A stretch of DNA of 64,000 bases from Octopus bimaculoides. Taxonomy: Eukaryota. Of the stretch, positions 14,601 through 25,444 are shown piece after piece. The DNA lies in contig NC_068981.1 of NCBI RefSeq assembly GCF_001194135.2, forward strand, positions 92,912,591 through 92,976,590. The letters run 5' to 3'. Under the pieces are notes generated by a model. That model saw nothing but the letters and a program-made list of their open reading frames with translations, was not told the origin of the DNA and ran no database searches. Numbering within the stretch: position 1 is the stretch's first letter; the number at the start of each line of letters is the position of its first letter. A program made the position numbers and the translations under genes.

Positions 14601-15251
14601 CTCGGGTGAGCAATACCGGCAACGAGGCTACAACTGCGGATGTTTATAGCGGGTTGGTAGAGCACATGTCCGACGACGTCCTGGGGGAGAATCTGGGCTT
14701 CGACGAGGAACAGCTTATCAGCCTGTTCAGAAGAACATTCCAGCCGGGGTATCTGGAAAACTTTCGGAAATCCTTGGCCTGGTTATGCTACCAATCGGGC
14801 TTGCCAGTTCGAGAGAGGTTGTCAAGGCATGGCGCTGATATCCCACCCACATGCCCGAGGTGCGGGCGTGTCAGTGAAACTGTCACGCACGCCTTCATAC
14901 ATTGTGAGGAACTAAGAGAACTGGTAGCCTATGTCGAACAACTGGTGTCAGATACGGAAAGAGTACGGTTATCGACTGAGTCTATCATTAAGATTGTGCC
15001 GTCTCCCTCTTGTAACAAGGAAAAGGAGGCGTCATTTTTCTGCGTAGTAGCCGTATTGGAAGAGACAGTATGGGTTACGCCTGGAAGAGACAGGCAACTT
15101 CATCGCCGGACATGGGTTGGTCAATTTCTTTAACTATCTCCTCTCCAGAAAGATCAGTCTAGGGAAGAGAAGCCTGTCTCGAAGAGCGTTTGAAAAAAGA
15201 TGGATAAATGTCGTAAGGAAGTTGAGAGTAAATGGGACCACGCTAGTGTAG
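11665..15251 (+). pseudogene. Tx1/L1 ORF2 (AP endonuclease, reverse transcriptase, C-terminal CCHC) pseudogene
   Basis: EN motifs LRIGCLNVR..ATETK, GNFNVILD, WTW..YID..TDHK and GSGYWKLN. RT motifs PGLDGLP, YRPITLLNTE, LDQSKTFDRVDH, RQGCSLSPLLY and AYADD. C-terminal CPRCGRVSETVTHAFIHC. Many stops and frameshifts; the start codon appears mutated (ATA). Confidence 0.93.
12282..12662 (+). mobile_element. tRNA-derived SINE with (AAC)n tail nested in the Tx1 endonuclease domain
   Basis: A-box TGGCCCAGTGG, B-box GGTTTCGATTCCC and an (AAC)n tail. Imperfect TSD AGTCTATATA (12272-12281) / AGTCTTTATA (12663-12672). EN motifs resume on either side. Confidence 0.88.
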
Positions 15252-15592
15252 CCCGTCTGAACGTAAAACAAGGAAATTACGAAAGGAAAAACTGAAATTA
15301 AAAAAAGGGGCTATTATAAAAAAGTTATTAAAAAAAATAGAAAAATCAGTGGGTCGAATACGAACCCGGAAATATCATCAGATAAATTCATTTCGATTTC
15401 ATTATACTGTGTATTTTCATCCGATTTCATTATATTTGATTTTGAACTAAGGTATAACCCCAGCACTTAATTGTTTCTGTGGTGTCATTGTGCTGTCCCC
15501 TCTGTATCATGGCCTGTGTGCCAAATAAAAGAAAATTAGGGATACATGTGGTGTTCGTCGGGTATGTTGAGTTTTGTTCATTTTTATATATC

Positions 15593-15894
15593 TTGACTAT
15601 GCTTGCACTGACGATTAGAAGTGTTGAATTTTGTGCACTAATTATGAAATCATATTATATGCAGCTGAGTCTGATTTTAAAAGGCTCGCTTCGAGAGTTG
15701 CATTCCCTCGCGTTCAGTACAATGTGTTTATTACTTTAAGAGTCCCTCCTAGTGTGAGGCATTTATGTATAGCAATGCCCTTAAGATATATATAAATATA
15801 TTAATAGGGAATAATTAATAAATTTTCCCTTGTGAGGTTTTTCACGCTAACTACTTGATAAATTCTTATAAAGATGTTATCCTATATTTAAATC
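15593..15894 (+). repeat. Copy 2 of the ~0.3-kb direct repeat, ending at the RTE relic
   Basis: Aligns with 9741-10058. Similarity stops where the RTE 3' end begins. Confidence 0.9.
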
Positions 15895-17450
15895 ATATAT
15901 CATGGGTCGATTTCTATGAGAATTTTGATGGCTCTCCAGGCCTGCACGTCTCAAACATCTCCGCCCATGAACCACACACATAAAAAGCAACACTCTCACT
16001 TTCCACAGATTCCCCTTTCTAAGCCCTCTCCTAATTCTCTCATACTTCACTCTCACCCTCTCAAACCTTGAATAACCATCATGCACTATCTTCCTCTGCC
16101 CATCACGGTATTGTGCCTCCCTCTTCCAATTACCAGTTGCAATTCCTGTCTGTACTAGAGCATTTTTAAGGCAATCCTTAAACCTTAGTTTAGGCTTATG
16201 CACTGACTCCTGCCATCTTCCTGCTCACCATACAATAGCTGCTTGGTCAGTCACTCATCACTCATCCTTACCAAATGTCCCCCCCACCACCACCACATCA
16301 AACGTCTTTGCAAAATCATTGACTCTATACTTCTACTGCCACTCTTCTCAAGCAATTTCCAGTTTATCCCCAAAATTTTTCTCAGACAGCATTGATGAAA
16401 TCATTCCAATTGCCTTACCTGCCTACGGTAAACAACCCATGCCTCACTTCCATATAGCAAAGATGGAAGGACACATGTGTTATATACCTTCACTTTAATT
16501 TGTGAAGATATATTATGTTGTTTCCACAGACGCCTATCAAGCCTACCAAAAAGCACTACTAGCCCTGCTGATTCTGTATGAAATTTCATCATCAAGACCA
16601 GCAGTGTTCAAGGTACTTCCTAAATAAATAAATCTAGGTACAGTCACCAACCTTTGACCATTCACAGTTATAAAAGGTTCCATATACATCTTGGAGGGAG
16701 CGGGCTGGTACATTATAACAGTTTTTTTTAGATTGATTGTTAGACCCAATGCTGCACATGCTGCAGAAATCACATTCACTATGTGTTGCATATGTTTCTG
16801 TGACCAACAGGTCACAATCAACTGCATATAGAAACTCAGCAAGGTGAAAATGCAGAACTTCCGTTTTAGCACCGAGTCTTTTGAGATTGAACAGTTTTCC
16901 TGTTGTCCTATATCTTATATAGATCCCTTCAGAGCAATCTTTAAAAGCTAGTTGAAAGTTTAATGCGAAATACCTCCTGCATTAACTCTCGCTTCCACCT
17001 TGTCATGACATTGTCTAAGTATTCTCAAACATTTTTCAGGGCATGCTAGCTTTTTTAGGATCTCCCAAAGTGCAATTCTATTGATAGAATCCAACGCTTT
17101 TGTTAGGTCAATGAAAACCTGGTATAAGTCCATATCCTGTTCGATACACTTCTCTTGCAAATTTCTAGCCGAAAATATCATATCCATAGTACTCCTACTA
17201 ACCCTAAACCCACATTGCTATTCTGGTAGAACCTCATCAGTAATGTGCAGAAGCAATCTATCCAGCATTTCCCTACAGAGGACTTTTCCAGCAACAGCTA
17301 ACAGACAGATGCCGCGATAATTTTCACAGACTTCTTTTCCACATTTAGATTTATACAGTATCTCCATAGTTGCATCACCCCAATCTGGAGCATACGCTTC
17401 ACTTTGCCAAACCCTCTGAATCACATCCGTCAATATTTTAACATTTTGTA
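15895..17450 (-). mobile_element. 5'-truncated, decayed RTE-clade LINE (RT and C-terminal part)
   Basis: Minus-strand fragments DWGDATMEILYK..NYRGICLLAVAGK, DMIFSARNLQEKCIEQ..FIDLTKA, GLTINLKKT, FIYLGSTL, KVKVYNTCVLPSLLYGSEAW and PKLRFKDCLK, ending in a degenerate C2H2-like C..H.R.C..RAGLESH typical of RTE/BovB-like ORFs. Confidence 0.9.
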
Positions 17451-19170
17451 TAATGGTCTACATTGCACTTGGGTGGGCGTCTATATAAGATTCTGTCGTT
17501 AGAATTTGTGTGCATTAAATTACTTATGATTCTACAATACACAAAATATTTTAACAATTTCTTTTTATACATTTCCTAATACTGAATTATAAAAAATGAG
17601 TGTATTATTTTAACATCGGCGTCATTATCTTAACATGTACGTCTACCTGAGTAAAATAGGAATCAAAGTGTTCATATATAAAAACAAAAACGGTTGAGAA
17701 CCACGGCTCTTGGCCGTGTAAGTCTGGAGTCAAGCATATAAAATGTTGTTGAAGACCCAAACCTCAGTATAACCTACAAACAATGTGGAGTTTTAAGATC
17801 CAATTCTAGAACCAATGACAATCTATAAATTGTTGGTAGATTTGAAACTGGCGCATGAATACAGCACAACAGGTATTTCGAACTGTCCGACGTGTCTAGT
17901 GCTGTATGTATTGTGACTCTTCTCATGTATTGATATATTTTGAGTCTCTGAAATCTTCGTTAGGATTGGAGTATATCCGATTAAGCATGCATTGCAGCAA
18001 AATAGTATTTTACTAATGAAATGTATAATATATTAAATAAACATCAAGGGTTCTCTTTAAGACTTTGTTGTTAGAATTTTTAGCATGTTAGGTTGGAATG
18101 ACTTGATGCAAAATACTAGAATACCACAAGCATCCTAAACTTAGGTTTCGATCTTCAGTTTGTTATCCACTTCAGTTGCTAAAGGTAACATAATTTCGTT
18201 AGATATGTTTGTTGAATGAAACAATTTCAGCTGGATTACAGCGCTCTTGACAAATGTATTAAGATAGTAGTTTCTTAATTATTATCGATTTAGTATATAC
18301 ATATTCTTTAATAATTAAATGGAAAATAATACATTATTATAAATAATCAGAATGCAGTATAATCTTTTTGTGTAGAGTTGTAATAGGGATATGAAAGCGC
18401 CGACCTAAATACATTTCAATGTGTAGTTTCCTCAGTTATAATTCAATCCATTACCGACATCAAATATAATTTTTGCCATTGAGCAAATGATAATCATTGT
18501 TATTTATCCATAATAGTAAATGCACACATACATTCAGCATGTTTGAACGGATAATTCATATTAAGACTGTAATAGAATATCATTATTACGGTGCATTAAG
18601 AGTTACTTGCAGAAATCTAAAGCTTTCAAAGAGACTAATATTAGCTTAATATCCGAACAACGGTATCCGTCAGTCTAGAGCTTTCATATTATAAGGCTAC
18701 ATAGTTTATCATTAAATAATCATGATTTGTTTTATAGTCAATTTATGCACTTGAGGTCATAAGAGTTGAGTATATTTAGGATTGCTATTTATTTGAATGT
18801 CAATTGATATATTATTCATCGAAAGCAATTACACTTATCCAATGAAATGTTTGGTACTATTTCCAGAAACACAAATTCGGTTAATTCGTCTACCCATTTA
18901 GCTATATCTAACTGACAAATAAATTCAATACACTGTAACTCCTCGACCTTACTTTTTTTATCTTGTTTTGTATCAGAGTTTGTGAACAAAGGGGTGTATT
19001 TGGTAATAGGTTTTGGACGAAACATTTACCGCTTTGTTGGCAACAGTGGTAAGGAAGTGTCTTTGCAAAGTGCTGCAACAAATGGTATTAGAATTCTTTG
19101 TCGGTTTTCCTTCTGACACACACAAACACATATAGATAAAAAGATAGATAGATAGACAGATAGATAGATA

Positions 19171-19775
19171 CATTTCTTTTATTAGCCACACAGGGCTCAA
19201 CAAAGATGGGACAAATACAATGTAGAGCTTTTCTTTTGGGGAGGGGGAAGGAAAAAAAATAGGGGTGTGTCGATCAAAAGGGATCGTAGGAAGGGAAAAG
19301 GAGGGAGTTCGATCAAAAGGGATCGAAAAAAAAACGATCAATAGGGATCGTGTATCACAGTCATGTTCTTGTGTAAAAAGAGGGGAGGACAGTTTAGGTT
19401 TAGCCGTGGAAAGAAAAGCCTACGGAAAAGACCACGGTAACCTTGGTCAATATTGTCATTGAAGAAATTATAACAGTAAGTCACTCTCTTTTGCCTTTTT
19501 GTTTTTCTTTTTCTAGTTCATAGGGTTATGCTCATGGTGGCTCCGTCATTCACACGTGCCATCCTTGCTACATTCACCCATCTTTTTTTTAAGCATTTAC
19601 TAGACAAGACTTCCCTTTCTACTCTCACCTTCCTCTTCAGGTGATACTTGAAGAAGTTGATGAGAGATTGCCCAGAGAGGAAAGTCTTTGTCTCTAGACC
19701 TTTCAGACGCGTCCACCATACACATTCTTTCGCCATAGCCACAAGTACGATGAAAATAGCTCTTCCTTCCCGTTT
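19171..19775 (-). mobile_element. 5'-truncated Tx1/L1-clade LINE 3' fragment embedded in a (TATC)n microsatellite
   Basis: Encodes ..VAMAKECVWWTR..KKRWVNVARMARVN, homologous to the ORF2 C-terminus of the 10199-15539 element (..EKRWINVVRKLRVN). Shares the terminal motif CCTGTGTG..AATAAAAGAAA. (GATA)n lies on both sides. Confidence 0.85.
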
Positions 19776-19830
<55 letters not shown>

Positions 19831-20178
19831 TACTGATGCATATATTTTATGTGTGTATATGTATGTATAAAGTACTGTGCAGCCACTCATCATTCCCGGA
19901 CGAGTAGATCTTGGTAAAATGTCCAATATTTTGCTTATCGTTTTAGGTAACTATGAAGTGGCAACCAGGTATAAACATTATCCCGATCGTTTCAGCAGAA
20001 TAAAACATCTAAACTGTATAGATAGAGGAAGAGAGGATTACATCAGAATCCAGCTGTTACTAGTTGCTTCTAAGTACGGTAGCGGTCGAAAAATCAAGTG
20101 CTTTTTTCAAGGACACAATGTACAGTCCTGTGCAGAAATTGGATTCACCATGCCTTTATGATCAGAAACGGAACACGG

Positions 20179-20792
20179 TCTCTGCAAAGTCACGTATCCC
20201 CAGACAGACACTTACACACACACGGACAGAAATATGATTTATAGAAATATTCCTTGAGTTACGAAAACTCTAGTTACAGAATTACACTTTGGGAGCAATT
20301 CTTATGTATGACGTCTAATACTGCGAGACGGCCTGAAAATTCCTTCAATGCTATGATCTCTGATCGTAGTTTTCTTTTTTTTATATAATTTCTCTTAGTA
20401 TAAATTTCTTGTCTCTCAATAATGATGTTGAACTTCACTACATATAATTTATAGTACAATATTTCTCTTCAAGTAAAGTGTAAAGAGATTATTAAATGGA
20501 TGTGAAGTTAGAAGTGCAAAAGAGAATAGCTTAAGGGTTTTCGTAAGATGTTAAGCTTCAAACTTTGCAAATGTTTGATGCAGAGGAAAATAAAAGGCCT
20601 TTTATAAAATTTCAAATTATAAAGTGGGGACAATACGTAACAGTGAAGCTAAAATAAAGACAAGTGCTGAAGTAGATATGGCGTTAAGTATCCCGACATT
20701 AATTTATCATAGGTATGGTATAATCTCTGCAAAGTCACGTATCCCCAGACAGACAGTTACACACACACGGACAGAAATATGATTTATAGAAA
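20179..20792 (+). repeat. 69-bp direct repeat (20179-20247 and 20724-20792)
   Basis: TCTCTGCAAAGTCACGTATCCCC..GATTTATAGAAA, with one mismatch. Confidence 0.9.
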
Positions 20793-20930
20793 GATTCTTT
20801 TTATGTGTGTGAGAGGCCTGACAATAAGAGTTTGCTTAATATGCTGTTAAAACAGTAAAGATAAAGATAAATGCACATTATTTACATTATTTACAATTGA
20901 CGGATATTTGTCCTCATCTTGTTTGTTGTT

Positions 20931-20976
20931 AACACAACGTTCCGGCTTATATACCCTCCAGCCTTCATCAGGTGTC
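20931..20976 (-). ncRNA. Hammerhead motif, family A, degenerate (GGAA instead of GAAA)
   Basis: Reverse complement reads GACAC-CUGAUGA-A-GGCU..AGCC-GGAA-CG-UU-GUGUU. Confidence 0.6.
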
Positions 20977-21023
20977 TTTGGGAAATTTCGAATTTGTGTT
21001 CTCATTCCTAATGTATTTTTCGA

Positions 21024-21054
<31 letters not shown>

Positions 21055-21189
21055 CTGTTCACTGCCTGGAAATCGAACTCGGAATCTTGGGTTTAGCAGC
21101 CCGCGCTCTTAACCACTACCCCATATGGCGTAGTGGTTAAGAGCGCGGGCTATTAACTCCAAGATTGCGAGTTCGATTCCAGGCAGTGA

Positions 21190-21237
<48 letters not shown>

Positions 21238-21292
21238 CAACAACATCGAAAAATACCTTAGGAATGAGAACCCAAGTTCAGAATTTCCCCAA

Positions 21293-21338
21293 GACACCTG
21301 ATGAAGGCTGGAGAATATATCAGCCGAAACGTTTTGTT
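21293..21338 (+). ncRNA. Minimal type-I hammerhead ribozyme motif (family A; catalytic core intact)
   Basis: GACAC-CUGAUGA-A-GGCUG(loop)CAGCC-GAAA-CG-UU-UUGUU. Core boxes are intact, helix II has 5 bp, helix III is the palindrome ACGU. The first pair of helix I is mismatched in this copy. Activity is untested. Confidence 0.72.
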
Positions 21339-21449
21339 AACAACAAACAAGATGAGAACAAATGTCCGTCAACTGTACATAATGTAAATAACGTACATAA
21401 TTCCGTATCTCTTAAATATAGAACTGTAAAGATAAATATTTGTGTATCG

Positions 21450-22062
21450 ATTTATACAGAAAGTGAAAGCTGAAAATTTGATGCAAAACATTTTCTGACA
21501 AGTAAACTTTGGTTTGAGAGGCCTTAATTTGCACAATATCAAAATGACCTGCGAAGCTGCTATCGCTGACACTTGGGGAAATGAAGAAAATGATTCCTGA
21601 GGGAAGCTATACACCAAACGTAGTGTACAATATTGACAGCTCATCATTCCTTTTGTGGAAAGAAATACCATTGTCATATAACATGAATGACTCTACTTAT
21701 GTCTTACTACCATAACTCTATGGTTGTGATGAGTTTAATCTACGATTTGGTATTTAAATTAGAATAACCACGAACGTGTATTTAAACTGGAGTACAAAAC
21801 TTCTCGCTTCTTCGGAAAGGTGCAATGCACAGTGTAATATTTCTACGAGCGTTGGGGCATTCAGACGATACATCAAATTGCCGTGTGAACTTAAAGGACA
21901 TCTCTGAGTATATGAGGGCTGAATATATTTCCAAGAATCCAACCTCAGCTCTCCAGCCAACAGATCAAATTGTAATTGATAAATATTTTGAGAAGAATTT
22001 TGAAACAATTTACAGAGGAGTAGCATACGAAAGGGACAATCTAATAATGTTAGAACAACGGT
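21450..22062 (+). mobile_element. Decayed Tigger/pogo (CENP-B-like HTH plus DDE) transposase relic
   Basis: Frameshifted fragments IQKVKAENL, TSKLWFER, GLNLHNIKMTCEAAIAD, EGSYTPNVVYNID..LWKEIP, FLRALGHS and KNPTSALQPTDQIVI match my recollection of Tigger motifs (ASKGWFER, GEAASAD, QVFNVDETGLFWK, LDNAPGH, NTTSLIQPMDQGVI). It may extend upstream across the family-A dimer. Confidence 0.75.
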
Positions 22063-22461
22063 AAGCTACAGGGCAAGGATGATTTAGAATATCCATCCAT
22101 TCCAATTTACTGAAAAGCGAATAAAGCTAAGATTTCGCACTTATAAAGAAAGAGCTGCGGGTGTTTTATATGAACGAACCTAGTCGTGAATGTAACAAGA
22201 AAAATACAGCATTATGAGCTTAGTTAAAAGTGCTGTACGACAAATGTCAGCCAATTTTATAGAAGTTCGTCACTGGGCCAGCAGCGGCAACGAATGATGA
22301 TGATCTGCAGAGGATAAAATAGTAAACGTCATTATCCCAGTATCTCACTATGTTCTTCCAGTCAATATCATTTTTGCTAAGTATGTTGTGTACTAGGATA
22401 TTATTAAATTATTATTTTTATACACTCCTTCATGTATTTCCTTCAGATTTATGTATATACA

Positions 22462-22623
22462 GGCGCAGGCGTGATGGTGTGGTAAAATGTTTTCTTCCAA
22501 ACCACATCCTTTTCGGTTCAGTCTCACTTTATGGCACTTTGGTGAAGTGTCCTCTAGCATAGCCTCGGGCCGACTAAAGACTTGGTAGTGGATTTGTTAG
22601 ACGGATACCGAAAGAAGCCCGTC

Positions 22624-22692
<69 letters not shown>

Positions 22693-22835
22693 CATGTCTG
22701 TGTATGTGTCTCTCCCCCTTCACTGCTTGACGATCGGCGTTAGTGTGTTTATACCTGCGTAACCTAATGTTTCGGTAAAGATACCGATAAGTACTAGGCT
22801 TTAAAACAATAAAGAAATCGTGGAGTCGATTCGTT
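22462..22835 (+). mobile_element. tRNA-derived CORE-like SINE with internal (TA)n/(TG)n, diverged copy
   Basis: Aligns with 26228-26646 (head, GGCACTTTGGTGAAGTGTCCTCTAGCATAGCCTCGGGCCGAC body, internal microsatellite, 3' tail). Confidence 0.8.
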
Positions 22836-23048
22836 ATGAATGTCTTCGGGAGTGTAAATCCAAAGTATTTACAAAGAATACAGAGACTTGTACATCTTTA
22901 TTTCGATTTAGCAGCTAATTATACACTATAATTTGTTAAAATGACCGACACATGTCTCTGCTGCATAGGATATCTGAAGTTCCATACGCAACACACAATA
23001 TTCTGCTATGCACCTTCAGTCAGGGTCTCTCCACAAATATGCACATGT

Positions 23049-23089
<41 letters not shown>

Positions 23090-25444
23090 CGCGCGCGTAT
23101 GTGTGTGCGTGTGTGTGTATGCATATATATATATATAAACCTTTAGTTAAATATATTCAATGAGAATACTGAATTTACATTAAGTGCTTTATTGTATCAA
23201 AGTATTAATACTATAAATGTATTTATACATGTAATACGAGCGATTATATGTAATATATAAAATATAATATATTGTTAATAATATCAGGAAATTAATATCA
23301 GAAAATTCTTCAGAAAGATATATACATCTGTAGAGTAATTTTATTAGAAATATAAATATATATAAATATATGTAAATATGTATAATTATAAATATATAAT
23401 ACATATCACAGTTTAAAATTTAATAGCTTAAAATTAAGTTTTTAAAGAATCTTACGATCGTTTCGCAAAAGTATTGTCTCTACAATGGAATCCTGTATTG
23501 ATAAACATTTTTAGACAATAATTCTGCTCCTCAGAGATATAAAATGTGAAGTATAATTTATGGAATGGTAGTCTTTTAATAATATGAAGTAATATAGGAA
23601 AATGGTGTTTGTTTGAAATATAAATTAAAAGTTACTGTTTTTGATTTTGGGAAGTATATGCGTCCTTGGTAAGTCCTGTACAGTAATCCATAATAATTTT
23701 GTATAAAATATTTCTTTATTGCCCAGAAGGGACGCACATAAATCGGACACTACAAGACATGTGGGAAATATAAAATTTTAAATTATGACAATATGAACGA
23801 AAAATGATAATGAAAATGGAGCTACACACTCCACTTACGAGCAGCCCTATTTTCTACCTTTTAAAGCCCGAACCTTCTAACATGTCAAAGCCCGTTTCCT
23901 CTATTAACCTGTCATATGTTGTGTAACTTGGAAGTAAGTCCCAGTCGAAGTCCAACTCTCAAGAACTATAACCATCGTTAAACGTAAGTATTATATTCTC
24001 CTGTTCTTTATTTGTGCACTTAAAATTTTCTCTCAGGTTGCAAGAGAATTTGCTCCAAAACGACGAAAATCGTCATTTTCGTATGTCTTTTCCCCTCCGC
24101 ATAACATCCTATGACTCTTATAATCGCTACGTTATCGCCTCTACACTCCAACCGTTTTTTGTTTTAGTATAAAATCTCTTTTCTCTAAATAAGTTTTTAT
24201 TTACTTTTCAAACTTTTCTTTTCTTTCTTTTTTTCATAGTAATCCTTTACAATTCCCTTCTTAATGTTTCCATTAATTATATATTTACAGCTTTCCACTC
24301 ATCTCACCAAACGATATTTGTTTGCATTATTGTTTCGTGAATGAATTTGATTACGCCTTCTATTATCTGGCCTATTTCTTGATTTCATTTTTCGTCTGAG
24401 AGAAATTAGGCATTGTAATGGGTTGGGAATATCATTGCCCTGGGTATAACCGAGTACATCANNNNNNNNNNTTGCCATCTCCTAAATTCCGCTCATAAAG
24501 CATCGATCATCCACCAAGCCAGGCCTAAAAAGAACACTGGTCAAAATGGCACAAATGCCGGTTAAGCTCAGGACGTCGTGATTCCATAGCATATTCCTTT
24601 ACCACATGGTGTCACTTTGTTCGTTAACCTTGCTAAAACCATGAAAGCAAGAACAAAAATATAATTCTACGAAAGATGAATCTCTCCAAAAACAAAACTG
24701 TCCTTCTTTGTTTGCAATGGTGACAGTGTTGATGGAATTTTCAAACAATATTTTGTAAAAGCATTGTGATATTAATCTTCAGATTAATATCGCAATGTTA
24801 ATCGCAATTTTCTTCCGACATTTCAGTTATGTAATACATAATTATTTATTGCGCATACATAGTAAAACTTAGAAACCTTTTTGTAAATATTGATATATTT
24901 AACGTCTTATAAAATTAATATCATAAAAGTGTAGCAGAACATTTGATGACTCTGCGCATTACAACTGTAGGTGTTATCTTCAAATTAAGTGACAAATCCA
25001 ATACAGCATCGCAGATTTCATCTGTCACCAATATATTGATTACGTTTTAATATTGCAAGGGTTATGAAGAATAATAAATTGAAATGGTTGAACGGTCAAT
25101 GTAAATTTCAAGGAGTTTACAACAATCTGTAGCGCGGTTACATCGTGTACATTATAACAAATAATAACAGTTATAAAGTCATAAAATGTCAATTGTGCTT
25201 GTGAGCCATTCTTCCGGTAATAAAGCGAGGAATTGCTGGCACGAGAAACATCTAGGTCTCACATATAAAGGCAACATGTTTCTGGAAACGAGAAATCTCT
25301 TCCCTCTGCAAGCAAATATGTTCTGATGATGATTGTGATGACTTTGATGCTGCTGATAACAGCGATGGTGACGATGACCTTGGTAATTTTGAAAATAATA
25401 TTAATGATGATGATGACAACGACGACGACGACGTCGGCGACAAC

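Larger units (their letters stand above)
10199..15539 (+). mobile_element. Near full-length, decayed Tx1/L1-clade non-LTR retrotransposon (5'UTR, ORF1, ORF2, 3'UTR) with 13-bp TSD
   Basis: ORF1-like and APE-RT-CCHC ORF2 relics occur in the expected order. The perfect direct repeat GGATACATGTGGT lies at 10186-10198 and 15540-15552. The 3' end carries CCTGTGTGCCAAATAAAAGAAA. Confidence 0.92.
20873..21421. mobile_element. Head-to-head palindromic dimer of a tRNA-headed, hammerhead-tailed repeat (family A), TSD-flanked
   Basis: Minus arm 20873-21124 and plus arm 21125-21421, with a spacerless centre CCAT|ATGG. A-box TGGCGTAGTGG, B-box GAGTTCGATTCC, (AAT)n linker, hammerhead tail. TSD-like AAC(A/T)GTAAAGATAAAT at 20851-20872 (with a 6-bp slippage) and 21422-21437. 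Confidence 0.88.

Noticed and set aside
15684-15693. CTCGCTTCG resembling the 5' end of U6 snRNA in the Tx1 target repeat
   Set aside because: Only ~9 nt match, it is not conserved in the other copy, and no downstream U6 sequence follows.
9741-15894. LTR retrotransposon interpretation of the flanking direct repeats
   Set aside because: The internal ORFs are APE-type non-LTR, there is no TG..CA, PBS, PPT or integrase, and a TSD lies inside the repeats.
17692-17704. GGTTGAGAACCAC, a hAT/Charlie-like TIR
   Set aside because: No partner TIR or TSD was found, so it cannot be supported as an element.
18990-19070. Minus-strand PYHCCQQSGKCFVQN resembling a C2H2 zinc-finger linker
   Set aside because: Cys/His spacing is wrong, there are no His ligands and no repeats. 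Probably chance.
21125-21190. Functional tRNA gene
   Set aside because: The acceptor stem is missing, the anticodon loop differs between the two arms, and it runs into (AAT)n and a repeat tail. It is a SINE head.
21825-22064. Host exon (ORF ending at a gtaagc donor)
   Set aside because: The peptide contains the Tigger/pogo DDE motif (PTSALQPTDQIVI) and continues a decayed transposase.
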